64,000 nucleotides of DNA from Alcanivoracaceae bacterium (GCA_046292765.1 JBKBQA010000009.1:7061-71060), one strand, 5' to 3'. Counted from the stretch's first letter, positions 1 through 8,920 are shown. The notes: generated by a model from the letters alone, not told the origin. A program made the numbers and translations.

Positions 1-864
1 GACAGTCGGCAGGGTTTCCGCCTTGAAGGTGTCGAAGCGCAGCTTCATTGCCTCGACTGTGTCGTCGACACGACCGGAAAAACGGGCGCGGCCGAGAATG
101 CGCTGCTCAAGCACATCGAACGGGCATTCGAAATACAGCATGGTGGGCAGCTCATGATCTCGGCCAAAAACCTCATACCAGGCTTCCAGGTTCGACAGTG
201 AGCGGGGAAAACCATCGATCAGGAAGTTGCGTTTGCCGGTAGTCCGAGTGGTGTGCTCCATCGCATCTTTCAGCAAGCGCACAACGATTTCGTTCGGCAC
301 CAGCTTACCGGCAGCAATGTATTCCTTGATGATTCCCGTGGTCGGGCCACCGGCTTCCTGTTCAGCGCGCAGCAGGTCACCGGTGGAGAGATGGGTCCAG
401 CCAAGCTGGATTTCCGCCAGCTCACACATGGTGCCCTTGCCGGCGCCCGGGCCGCCGAGCACAAACACCACATTGGGTTCGGGACATGGCTGGCGCGGAT
501 CAACGTGGTAAATGGTGACTTTCGGCGCCGGCGCCTGGCCCATCTTGTAGACGTTCCACTCGCGGTCGATGGGAGGCAGCGCATCATCACAGGTCAGCTC
601 ATAAGCCAAGTGACCATCGAGTCGGCAGATACGCCAGGACTGGTAGCTGTTCGAATAGGAAATCGCAGGACTTCTCTCCGCCTTACCATCGGCGCGGTCC
701 CAAGCCATGCGGCCATTCCAGTAGCCCGAGCTCGACACCACTCCGGACTCTGACTTGGCTGGGGGGGCTTCCGACGGGATATACAGGCCATCCACTTCCG
801 GCAAACCGGCGCCGGAGACTTCGATATACAGGGTATTGGGTTTGCAGGTTTCTTTGTCGGTCAT
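1..864 (-). CDS. Eukaryote-type (short-LID) UMP-CMP kinase / adenylate-kinase-1-like NMP kinase with a ~130-aa unrecognised N-terminal domain; 3' end lies outside the window
   Basis: My own minus-strand translation; the ORF is open at the window edge and so absent from the track. ATG at 864-862 (MTDKETCKPNTLYIEVSG...), no stop down to base 1. The C-terminal half carries the P-loop VVFVLGGPGAGKGT, plus THLSTGDLLRAE, FLIDGFPR and a short LID (RFSGRVDD), as in AK1/UMP-CMP kinases. Confidence 0.75.
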   Translation of the reverse strand, partial: MTDKETCKPNTLYIEVSGAGLPEVDGLYIPSEAPPAKSESGVVSSSGYWNGRMAWDRADGKAERSPAISYSNSYQSWRICRLDGHLAYELTCDDALPPIDREWNVYKMGQAPAPKVTIYHVDPRQPCPEPNVVFVLGGPGAGKGTMCELAEIQLGWTHLSTGDLLRAEQEAGGPTTGIIKEYIAAGKLVPNEIVVRLLKDAMEHTTRTTGKRNFLIDGFPRSLSNLEAWYEVFGRDHELPTMLYFECPFDVLEQRILGRARFSGRVDDTVEAMKLRFDTFKAETLPTV

Positions 865-1232
865 AAGCTTTTTACTCCAGGCCCCTTGCCCGGCGGACAC
901 CGCCAGACAGGCCGTTACTGTACGGATGATCCGTCGGCGGCAATGCCATACCCTGGCCATATGAGCCGGGCCGGCTGGCAGCAAGACGTGGAGTGCCGAA
1001 TAGTTGGCGAGAGGATTTTATCACATTGTCGACAGTTTTGGGGCCAGCGCAGATCCTTCTTAACGCGGCCTTCGGAGCGGGAGCTCACCAGCCTGGGCAT
1101 GAACCAGGGGCTTATTGGGCATTTTGCAGGGTAGCCACGGGCTTGGCGGTGAGCTGCCTGGTATTGTTGCAAAGTCAGTCTTGGGTCTGGCTACTGTTCG
1201 GCCTTTCCCTGATATGTTTTGCCGACCATGTT

Positions 1233-1444
1233 TTACTCGAACCACTCTCCTATTTCAGAGAACGTTTCCAAGGATGAATCAAAGTCCACTCGTTCATCAT
1301 CACTAGCATAGGACATGGCATCGACAAACCTTATGTACTCGGCACGATATTCATCATCGCTTGCCAGAGTTTGCGCAGCTGTCCTTATTGACTCTCCGAG
1401 TGTCGCCTGGGTATCACGCTTGGCTGTCTTCTGGTCCCCCCCTC
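1233..1444 (-). pseudogene. C-terminal fragment of the IS-disrupted AbiEii toxin gene
   Basis: Track ORF 1233..1514 crosses the IS left end. The part outside the IS (...GGDQKTAKRD...FSEIGEWFE*) is in frame with the AbiEii ORF at 3111 upward once the IS is removed by joining 1444 to 3111. Confidence 0.6.
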
Positions 1445-1512
1445 TGTCAGGATAGTTGTCGCGCCTATTTTTTAACCAACCTTTAATCGGAGGGGCGGCA
1501 GGAGAGGAATCC

Positions 1513-2010
1513 ATGCCGCGTTACAGTCAGGGCTTTCAGGAGCGAGCTGTGCAAATGATGATGCCGCCGAATGCGCGTTCGGTGGCGGAAGTGAGTCGGG
1601 AAACGGGCGTCAGTGAGCAGACGCTGTACAATTGGCGCAATCGAGTCCGCAACCAGGGTGTCGCTGTGCCAGCCGATCCGAAGAACCCCGATCAGTGGAG
1701 CGGGGAAAACAAATTGGCTGTTGTCATTGAGACGGCGGCCTTGAATGAAGAGGAGCTGGCGGCGTACTGCCGGCGCAAAGGGCTCTATGTGGAGCAGATT
1801 CAGCGTTGGCGAGACGGTGCCAGCGCAGGCGCCGGAAGTGACAGCCCGCTGTCGGCGGAAGAGCGCCGAGCGCTGACGCAGGAGCGCCAGAAAAGTCGCA
1901 AGCTGGAGAAGGAGCTCAAGCGCAAGGAAAAGGCCTTGGCGGAAGCGGCGGCGCTGCTGGTGCTGCAAAAAAAGGCCCGAGCCATCTGGGGGGATGCCGA
2001 GGACGATTGA
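1513..2010 (+). CDS. IS3-family transposase OrfA (HTH)
   Basis: ATG at 1513 preceded by GGAGAGG. MPRYSQGFQERAVQMM...SVAEVSRETGVSEQTLYNWR is a typical IS3 OrfA helix-turn-helix, followed by a coiled-coil C-terminus. Confidence 0.9.
   Translation: MPRYSQGFQERAVQMMMPPNARSVAEVSRETGVSEQTLYNWRNRVRNQGVAVPADPKNPDQWSGENKLAVVIETAALNEEELAAYCRRKGLYVEQIQRWRDGASAGAGSDSPLSAEERRALTQERQKSRKLEKELKRKEKALAEAAALLVLQKKARAIWGDAEDD
1968..1974 (+). other. Programmed -1 ribosomal frameshift heptamer A-AAA-AAG (OrfA to OrfAB fusion)
   Basis: A7G run at 1967-1974. In the OrfA frame it reads caA AAA AAG. The -1 frame is open from here into OrfB (2007..3080). Confidence 0.7.
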
Positions 2011-3080
2011 TCGCCCCGGCGGATCGTCAGGTGGCGATTGAGTTGATTGCTGAAGCGGTGGCCGCCGGTGCGCGGCGACACAAGGCCTGTGGCGTATTGG
2101 ATATTACCGTGCGCACGCTGCAACGCTGGGAATCTGCGCTGCAGGCGGGCTCTCTGGACGATCAGCGCAAGGCAGCGGGCGCTTGTCGCACGCCGGGTAA
2201 CAAGCTCAGCGAGTCGGAGCAACAGCGTGTGCTGGAGATCTGCAACGAGCAGGAATATGCCAGCTTGCCGCCGAGTCAGATCGTCCCGCTGTTGGCGGAT
2301 CGAGGCGATTATGTGGCTTCTGAATCGACCTTTTACCGGGTGCTGCGAGCGGCAGATCAGGTGCATCGGCGAGGCAAGGCAGCAGCGCCGAGAGAAGTCG
2401 CCAGGCCGCAGAGCTATCTGGCCGAAGGGCCGAACCAGGTATGGAGCTGGGACATTACCTTTTTAGCGTCGAGCATCAAGGGCATGTTCTATCGACTGTA
2501 CCTGGTCATGGATGTGTTCAGCCGCAAAATTGTTGGCTGGGAAGTGCATCCTGATGAAACGGCCGCGCAGGCGGCAACCGTGATACGCAAGGCCTGTCTG
2601 GCGGAAGGCGTTCACGAGGGCGGACTGGTGCTGCACTCGGACAACGGAGGGCCGATGAAAGGCGCGATGATGCTGGCAACCTTGCAGAAACTTGGCGTGG
2701 TGCCTTCGTTCAGTCGGCCGTCGGTGAGTGATGATAATCCCTACTCCGAAAGCCTGTTCCGAACCATGAAGTATCGCCCCGAATATCCGGCGAAGCCGTT
2801 CGAGAGCATTGAGGCAGCAAGAAAGTGGGTGCATGCCTTTGTGCAGTGGTACAACCACGAACATCGACACAGTGGGATCCGTCATGTGACACCGGGCCAG
2901 CGTCACAGCGGAGAAGAAAAGCAGATATTGGCAGCGCGCCAGGCGCTATATCGAGCCGCCCGGCAGCGTATGCCGGAGCGTTGGTCAGGTAAGATCAGGA
3001 ACTGGAACCCGGTGGCGGCCGTCTGGCTGAATCCACCGAAAGAACATCAGGCTGACTCACAGCAAAATGAGGCAGCCTGA
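2007..3080 (+). CDS. IS3-family transposase OrfB (DDE/rve integrase core), probably made as an OrfAB fusion
   Basis: Lies in the -1 frame relative to OrfA. DDE region: WSWDITF ... LHSDNGGPM ... DNPYSESLFRTMKY ... WYNHEHRHSGI. Confidence 0.9.
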   Translation: MIAPADRQVAIELIAEAVAAGARRHKACGVLDITVRTLQRWESALQAGSLDDQRKAAGACRTPGNKLSESEQQRVLEICNEQEYASLPPSQIVPLLADRGDYVASESTFYRVLRAADQVHRRGKAAAPREVARPQSYLAEGPNQVWSWDITFLASSIKGMFYRLYLVMDVFSRKIVGWEVHPDETAAQAATVIRKACLAEGVHEGGLVLHSDNGGPMKGAMMLATLQKLGVVPSFSRPSVSDDNPYSESLFRTMKYRPEYPAKPFESIEAARKWVHAFVQWYNHEHRHSGIRHVTPGQRHSGEEKQILAARQALYRAARQRMPERWSGKIRNWNPVAAVWLNPPKEHQADSQQNEAA

Positions 3081-3107
3081 TTGGTAGACGCGACAACTAC
3101 GTTGACA

Positions 3108-3825
3108 ATCGCCGGTCCTCGGCGAACGATGATTCTACTGTCTCGACAAAAGCGACCCGGTTCTCGCGTATTACCGAGATAAGAGCAGCAATATCGTGGA
3201 GGTGGCGGATCATCGCCGGATCGTCTGCGGCCAGAGCCCTGTCGCGCTTCAATACACGCCAAGTCAATGCGCTAAACTTATCAGCAGCGGTTTCTACCGG
3301 TGACAAATACAGAATCTCTACCTCAGGCTCCGCCCCGGAATACTGCGCTACAAATGAGTGAATCTTTCTGGACTCAGCCTGAAGTCTAGGCTGTGTAAAA
3401 CTAAACTCGATTTTCAGGCCGGCACGCAAAGCAGGGTTTGCTTCATGATTTTGAGGGTAACCAAGATCAAACTTGACGTAGTTGCTGGCTGCGGCAACAC
3501 GCACCCTGTCCAACACCAGCAAATCGACAGCCTCAACCGCATCAAGAATACCTTCACGATAATCCCTTCTGGCCCTCTTCATCTCGCCGCCAGTTCCTGA
3601 GCGCAGAGCAAGGCAACGAAAGTCCATATCCTCGGAAAAGCGCTGTATCAGACCATAGGCCTTTGAGAGACTTGTTCCGCCGGAAAAAATTGTACGGAAG
3701 CCATCACTTTCATGAGCAGCAATCGCCTTAAGCGCCTGTACGGAGTACCAGTCCTTCTCTACAAAGGCAGAACTGATACCCATCTCTGCCGCGACTTCCT
3801 CAACAACTTCGGGATCAGGAGACAT
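3108..3825 (-). pseudogene. N-terminal ~240 codons of a nucleotidyltransferase AbiEii/AbiGii-family toxin gene, truncated by the IS
   Basis: MSPDPEVVEEVAAEMGISSAFVEKDWYSVQALKAI...FSGGTSLSKAYGLIQRFSEDMDF is the AbiEii (DUF1814) N-terminal signature. The track ORF reads 11 nt into the IS right end and stops there (..RRLST*). The start could instead be 3849 (MASQ). Confidence 0.8.
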
Positions 3826-4228
3826 ACTGATACTTGATTGACTTGCCATCGTAGGACATCTTCCGGGACACACGTCCCTTCACAGCTATCAACCGCCCAG
3901 TCGGCACCTGCGTAGACTGCCCGCTGTTGTAGCTTGTCTGCTCCTGAGACGAAACCACCTCAACCCCCAGCTTCTGGGTCAGCGCCTCACGGGCAAGCTC
4001 CGGCAACGGCTTCACCGGAACGAGCTTGTTACTGAAGGAAGAGCGTCTGGCCTTGGCATACAGCCCTCGCCCGAACTTGATCAATACTTCATCCCCCACC
4101 AACTCACGCAATACGCGGCCAACCTGGTCTCGATCGGAGAGGTCGCTAAAGTCAGCAGGAACAAAGACCACGCCCGCGTTACGGCTGATCCGATACTTGA
4201 TCTTTGATTTCAATGAGTTAAGAGCCAT
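3815..4228 (-). CDS. Type IV toxin-antitoxin AbiEi-family antitoxin (short form)
   Basis: ATG at 4228 preceded by GGAGGTGG. MALNSLKSKIKYRISRNAGVVFVPADFSDLSDRDQVGRVLRELVGDEVLIKFGRGLYAK is AbiEi-like. It overlaps the downstream AbiEii start by 11 nt. Confidence 0.75.
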   Translation of the reverse strand: MALNSLKSKIKYRISRNAGVVFVPADFSDLSDRDQVGRVLRELVGDEVLIKFGRGLYAKARRSSFSNKLVPVKPLPELAREALTQKLGVEVVSSQEQTSYNSGQSTQVPTGRLIAVKGRVSRKMSYDGKSIKYQYVS

Positions 4229-4405
4229 AACCACCTCCCGGCTATCCGGAACCACGCTTTGCAAATATACGACATTAGATTCCACGAGAAAATAGATATT
4301 TAACATTTAAAATCATATGGTTATTTTACTTAATCAGGAATCGCGAAATTGATTCATCGGCCCTCAGAAGCTCCCGCCCATTCCAGCGCAGCAGGCACCG
4401 GGGAT

Positions 4406-4465
4406 TGTCAATGTTGTTGTCGCGTCTACCAATCAGGCTGTCTCTTTTTGCTGTGCGTCATGTTC
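4406..4465 (-). mobile_element. Vestigial right end of a related IS3-family element, inverted relative to the intact copy
   Basis: tgtcaatgttgttgtcgcgtctaccaatcaggctgtctctttttgctgtgcgtca aligns to the reverse complement of 3053..3107 with 5 mismatches in 55. It then diverges after a 5-bp gap. Confidence 0.7.
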
Positions 4466-4473
4466 AACACCGC

Positions 4474-4844
4474 CCAAAATTGACCCGCCGGAGGGAATAG
4501 CTTCCATCCAAAACGAACCCACTGAATCGACTGGCCTGCTCATTTTTCGAGCGGGGTACGGAGGAGATGGGCGATGCCCAATGACCTGACCTCTCAGTTG
4601 AAGACTCTCAAAAAAAGGCGGGGCGGTTCCCGGCTTGAGTCGATGAGGCCCCGGTGCGACGCCTGCACAGTGGCGAGTTCATGAACAGCGCCTGCGGCAA
4701 CAGCAAGCGAAGAAAAGCCACCTCAACCACAATCGAAGAAGGAGACACCACTCCCGAAAAGACAGACTTATCCACAGACGCCTAGTTATACTCGGCACCT
4801 ATAACCCGGGTCAGAACTGGATGGAAACCCCGGGTCAGTTTTGG
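4474..4844. repeat. MITE-like / deleted transposon remnant with nested terminal inverted repeats
   Basis: Left arm CCAAAATTGACCCG...TTCCATCCAAAACGAACCC (4474-4520). The reverse complement of the right arm is CCAAAACTGACCCG...TTCCATCCAGTTCTGACCCG (4844-4807). About 285 bp of non-coding sequence lies between the arms. Confidence 0.4.
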
Positions 4845-4899
4845 ACGGCAATCAGCATTTATTTGTTTTACACCCTAAAAACGGGGCTAGAGCCTTGAT

Positions 4900-7464
4900 A
4901 TGAAAAGTGACGATTTTTCGCAACACACCCCAATGATGCAGCAGTACTTACGGATCAAATCCGAGCACCCGGATCATCTGGTGTTCTATCGCATGGGTGA
5001 CTTTTACGAACTGTTCTACGGCGATGCCGAAAAGGCGGCACGATTGCTGGATATCACCCTGACTTCCCGCGGGCAGAGCGCGGGCCGGCCGATTGCCATG
5101 GCCGGCATTCCCCATCATGCCGCCGAGGGTTATCTGGGCCGGCTGGTGCGGCTTGGCGAATCGGTGGTGATCTGCGAGCAGTTCGGTGATCCGGCTACCA
5201 GCAAGGGGCCGGTGGAGCGCCGCGTGGCGCGTATTGTCACGCCGGGCACGGTCAGTGATGAGGCGTTACTGGACGAGCGCCGCGATACCCTGCTGTGCAC
5301 AGTATCTGCCAATGGCGAGCACTATGGCGCTGCCTCGCTGGATCTGGCCGCGGGTCGTTTAACAGTCACCCGGGTGGATAGTCGCGAAGCGCTGCTGGCC
5401 CTGATCGAACGCTGGCAGCCGGCGGAGCTGTTGTATGACGAAAGTGCTGCTTTACCGGAATCGCTGCGCAAGCGTGCCGGTGCCAGAGCGCGGCCGGTGT
5501 GGGAGTTTGATCCGGACACCGCGCAACGTTTGCTGTGTAAACAATTCGGCACCCATGACCTGGCCGGATTCGGCAACCCTTCGGCGCTGGAAATTGCTGC
5601 CGCCGGCAGTCTGCTTGGCTATGCCCGCGAGACCCAGCGCAGCGCCCTGCCCCACCTGAACAGCATGGCGATCGAATCCCATGACGATGGCATCCAGATG
5701 GATGCCGCGACGCGGCGCAATCTTGAGCTGACCCACACGCTCGACGGCCGTGACACCCATACGCTGGCCTGGGTGCTGGATAGCACGATTACCGCCATGG
5801 GCGCTCGCTTGCTGCGCCGCTGGCTGCATCAACCGTTGCGCAAAAAAGAGCGCATCAATGAACGTAGCGAACGTATTGCGACGCTACGCGAAGGCTGGCA
5901 ATTCGAAAATACCCGCACGCTGCTGGATGACGTGGGCGATATGGAAAGGATTCTTGGTCGTGTCGCACTGCGCTCGGCTCGGCCACGGGACTTGACTCGA
6001 CTGGCTCGCAGTCTCGCTGCGCTCCCGGCTCTGCAAAATAGCCTTGCTGGCCATGGCCCTCTCGCTGCCTTGCGGGAAAAACTCGGTGTTTTCCCAGAAC
6101 AATGTGAATTGCTACAGAAAGCCATCATTGAAAATCCGCCAATGCTGATGCGCGATGGCGGTGTGATTGCCGATGGTTACAACAGTGATCTGGATGAACT
6201 GCGCAGCATCAGCGAAGACGCCGGTAGCATTCTGATCGATATTGAAGAGCGGGAACGGGCGCGCACCAGTCTTGCCACCTTGCGGGTAAAATACAATCGC
6301 GTGCATGGCTATTACATCGAGCTGTCACGCCGTGACGCCGAGCAGGTGCCGGCGGACTATATCCGTCGCCAGACGATGAAAAATACCGAGCGGTTTATCA
6401 CCCCGGAGTTGAAAACCTTTGAAGACAAGGCGCTGTCTGCTTCAAGCAAGGCGCTGGCGCTGGAAAAAGCATTGTATGAGGAACTACTTGATCGCCTGAA
6501 CGAGCAACTGGGCGCCTTGCAAGGCAGTGCTGCGGCACTGGCCGAGCTGGATGTGCTGGCCTGTTTTGCCGAGCGCGCCGAAGCACTCAATCTGGTGCCG
6601 GCATCGCTGGTCGATGAACCGATTGTAGAAATCATTGATGGCCGTCACCCGGTGGTCGAGCAGGTGCTTGAAGAAGCCTTTGTGCCTAACAGTCTGCACC
6701 TCGATAACGAGCGGCGCATGCTGATCATTACCGGTCCGAACATGGGCGGTAAATCCACTTATATGCGGCAGACCGCCTTGATTGTGCTGCTGACCCATAT
6801 CGGCTGCTGTGTGCCGGCGGCCAGCGCCCGCATCGGCCCAATCGATCGCATCTTTACCCGCATCGGTTCCGCCGATGATCTGGCCGGCGGGCGCTCCACC
6901 TTCATGGTGGAAATGACCGAGACGGCCAATATCCTCAACAATGCCACCAGCAAATCGCTGGTGCTGATGGATGAAATCGGTCGCGGCACCAGTACCTTTG
7001 ATGGTTTGGCCCTGGCTTGGGCAGCAGCCACCCGACTGGCCAGTGAGCAGAAAGCCTTCACCCTGTTCGCCACTCACTATTTCGAATTGACCCGACTACC
7101 GGATGAGCTGACAACAGTGCGCAACGCCCATCTGACCGCCAGCGAACATGGCGATGGCATTATCTTTCTGCACCGGGTTCAGGAAGGCCCGGCCAGCCGC
7201 AGTTACGGCCTTCAGGTGGCCCAGCTGGCTGGCGTGCCGGCCAGCGTGATCCGCGCCGCCCGGGCAAGACTGGCACAGCTGGAAAGCGGCCAGATGATAT
7301 CCGCTGGCGAGGGCCGCGCTGTCATTGCGCCCCAGCAGCCAGCCCAGGCAGAGCTGTTTCGCGCGCCATCGGCGCTGGAACAGCAGCTGGTCGCGCTGGA
7401 CCCGGACAGCATGACCCCCAAAGACGCCCTGGAAGCCCTCTACCAGCTCAAGCAACTCTTGTAG
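4900..7464 (+). CDS. mutS: DNA mismatch repair protein MutS
   Basis: 854 aa. N-terminal [31 protein letters not shown], Walker [10 protein letters not shown], and STFMVEM...[12 protein letters not shown]. Confidence 0.98.
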   Translation: MKSDDFSQHTPMMQQYLRIKSEHPDHLVFYRMGDFYELFYGDAEKAARLLDITLTSRGQSAGRPIAMAGIPHHAAEGYLGRLVRLGESVVICEQFGDPATSKGPVERRVARIVTPGTVSDEALLDERRDTLLCTVSANGEHYGAASLDLAAGRLTVTRVDSREALLALIERWQPAELLYDESAALPESLRKRAGARARPVWEFDPDTAQRLLCKQFGTHDLAGFGNPSALEIAAAGSLLGYARETQRSALPHLNSMAIESHDDGIQMDAATRRNLELTHTLDGRDTHTLAWVLDSTITAMGARLLRRWLHQPLRKKERINERSERIATLREGWQFENTRTLLDDVGDMERILGRVALRSARPRDLTRLARSLAALPALQNSLAGHGPLAALREKLGVFPEQCELLQKAIIENPPMLMRDGGVIADGYNSDLDELRSISEDAGSILIDIEERERARTSLATLRVKYNRVHGYYIELSRRDAEQVPADYIRRQTMKNTERFITPELKTFEDKALSASSKALALEKALYEELLDRLNEQLGALQGSAAALAELDVLACFAERAEALNLVPASLVDEPIVEIIDGRHPVVEQVLEEAFVPNSLHLDNERRMLIITGPNMGGKSTYMRQTALIVLLTHIGCCVPAASARIGPIDRIFTRIGSADDLAGGRSTFMVEMTETANILNNATSKSLVLMDEIGRGTSTFDGLALAWAAATRLASEQKAFTLFATHYFELTRLPDELTTVRNAHLTASEHGDGIIFLHRVQEGPASRSYGLQVAQLAGVPASVIRAARARLAQLESGQMISAGEGRAVIAPQQPAQAELFRAPSALEQQLVALDPDSMTPKDALEALYQLKQLL

Positions 7465-7677
7465 GGGCGTCCATCCTGGCGCGATAGCAATACCCGAATC
7501 AGGCACCATGCCGTCGGCCAGATGGTATGGCGTCGGATTGCCGCGCCACAGTCGGGGCTGCACTGAAATGTCGGCTTGCCGGGCAACACATCGATTTGCC
7601 TGCCCCCCGCACTGCCATTAGACTAGCGCGCCTGAGAGCACCCCAGCCCCGGAATTGAGCCCGACGAGGACCAGCCG

Positions 7678-8001
7678 ATGACGTTCGTAGTAGGCGAAAA
7701 CTGCATCAACTGCAAACACACTGATTGCGTGGAGGTCTGCCCGGTAGACTGCTTCTACGAAGGCCCGAACTTCCTTGTCATCCACCCGGACGAGTGCATC
7801 GACTGTGCCCTTTGTGAGCCGGAGTGCCCGGTCAACGCCATCTTCTCGGAGGATGAGCTGCCAGACGACCAGAAAGAGTTTGTCGCCATCAATGCCGAGC
7901 TGGCGGAAAAGTGGCCGAACATCACCGAGATGAAAGACGCCCTGCCGGATGCGGAGCAATGGGATGGTGTGGCGAACAAGCGCGAAAAGCTGGTGCGCTG
8001 A
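7678..8001 (+). CDS. fdxA: 7Fe ferredoxin (Azotobacter/Pseudomonas FdxA type)
   Basis: 107 aa. Cys clusters [14 protein letters not shown] and [12 protein letters not shown]. Conserved mutS-fdxA synteny. Confidence 0.95.
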   Translation: MTFVVGENCINCKHTDCVEVCPVDCFYEGPNFLVIHPDECIDCALCEPECPVNAIFSEDELPDDQKEFVAINAELAEKWPNITEMKDALPDAEQWDGVANKREKLVR

Positions 8002-8049
8002 ACCCCGGTCACCGCGCCGGGCAGCGTGGCACACTGCAAAAAGAAAAAA

Positions 8050-8074
8050 GGGTGGCATCCTGCCACCCTTTTTT
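8050..8074 (+). terminator. Rho-independent terminator after fdxA
   Basis: Stem GGGTGGCA / TGCCACCC with a 3-nt loop, followed by TTTTTT. An A-run precedes it, so it could act in both directions. Confidence 0.8.
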
Positions 8075-8567
8075 GTCGAGCATCCTTACCCGAATTGCGC
8101 TCAGTTAACCTCCATGTCTGCGATCCTTGCAGTTCCTTGTGAAGCAGTCCCTGTACACGAAGCCAGTCTAGCAAAGCACGGAGCCTCCGGAGTCCCCTGA
8201 ATGTGGGGGGATAATTTCTACATGGTCAGGGGAGACCAGCACTTCGAACCAATTCAATCAGTTATCCACGAAAGGGATACAATTCTAGCGATTATGCCCC
8301 TCGCTTTTCGTGCCATTTCCTACGCATTTGTAGGAGATATCTTACAAGCTCACAGTGAAAAACTGGCGGACTGGTACTTTTTACATACCCCGCAGGGTTT
8401 TTACAGACTTCCCCGGCCCTCTCCCCTACCATGGTTTCATGATGGGGCGGGCTGGATGCCGGTCTCTCAGGAACCACCTGCACTGCGCTCAGTACAGACC
8501 TCTCGCCGCCACCGGCGACCCCGACACCCCGCGCCGGTCTCCGGTGGCGGGGTGTTTCGTTATCGGT

Positions 8568-8909
8568 CTAGACCAATGAACGCAATGCCTCCATCGCCTG
8601 CTGATGGCAAGCAGTCAGTTCGTCCAGCAGATGCTGCAACTGGTCAGGCTGGCCGTCACCGGCCTTTTGCTCAATGGTCAGGCAGCAGCCAGACACCTCC
8701 AGCGCACCCACATTGCTGCTGCTGCCCTTCAGGCTGTGGGCCAGCTGGCGCAGTGTGTCCCGCGCGTCGCCCTCAAGAGCCGTGCGCATCAGGTCGAGCT
8801 TGCGTGCCGTATCCTGCTCATACGAGTCCACCAGACCGGCAAATCCCTCCGCCATGATGTCCCGCAGCTCGCCGACCAGATCCATGTCCAGTAGCGCCGA
8901 TGTATCCAT
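8568..8909 (-). CDS. Stand-alone Hpt (histidine phosphotransfer) domain protein
   Basis: 113 aa from MDTSALLDMD. Contains the Hpt motif AHSLKGSSSNVGA. Confidence 0.8.
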   Translation of the reverse strand: MDTSALLDMDLVGELRDIMAEGFAGLVDSYEQDTARKLDLMRTALEGDARDTLRQLAHSLKGSSSNVGALEVSGCCLTIEQKAGDGQPDQLQHLLDELTACHQQAMEALRSLV

Positions 8910-8920
8910 ACCCACCCCTC

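Larger units (their letters stand above)
1445..3107 (+). mobile_element. IS3-family insertion sequence, 1663 bp, apparently intact
   Basis: Terminal inverted repeats TGTCAGGATAGTTGTCGCGCCTA (from 1445) versus the reverse complement of the right end TGTCAACGTAGTTGTCGCGTCTA (to 3107), 19/23 identical. Two transposase ORFs lie in the 0/-1 frames with an A-AAA-AAG slippery site. Confidence 0.9.

Noticed and set aside
993-1277. 94-aa plus-strand ORF with one hydrophobic stretch upstream of the kinase-like gene
   Set aside because: It has no SD or recognisable motif, and its end overlaps the AbiEii C-terminal fragment on the other strand. There is too little support to call it a gene.
3097-3107. 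Last codons (..LST*) of the track ORF 3097..3873
   Set aside because: These codons are read from the IS terminal inverted repeat. They are an insertion artefact, not the native AbiEii C-terminus.
1442-3110. Perfect 3-bp target-site duplication for the IS3 element
   Set aside because: The flanks are ctc and atc, so only 'tc' is shared. I therefore do not claim a clean 3-bp duplication. The frame-restoration argument holds for either a 2-bp or a degenerate 3-bp duplication.
4768-4776. Perfect DnaA box TTATCCACA upstream of mutS
   Set aside because: A single 9-mer is expected by chance about 0.5 times in 64 kb on two strands. There is no cluster of boxes and no AT-rich unwinding element.
8201-8857. 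218-aa plus-strand ORF in the fdxA-Hpt gap
   Set aside because: Its second half is antisense to the Hpt gene and is Pro/Arg/Cys-rich. I found no SD and no motif. The gap is reported as non-coding instead.
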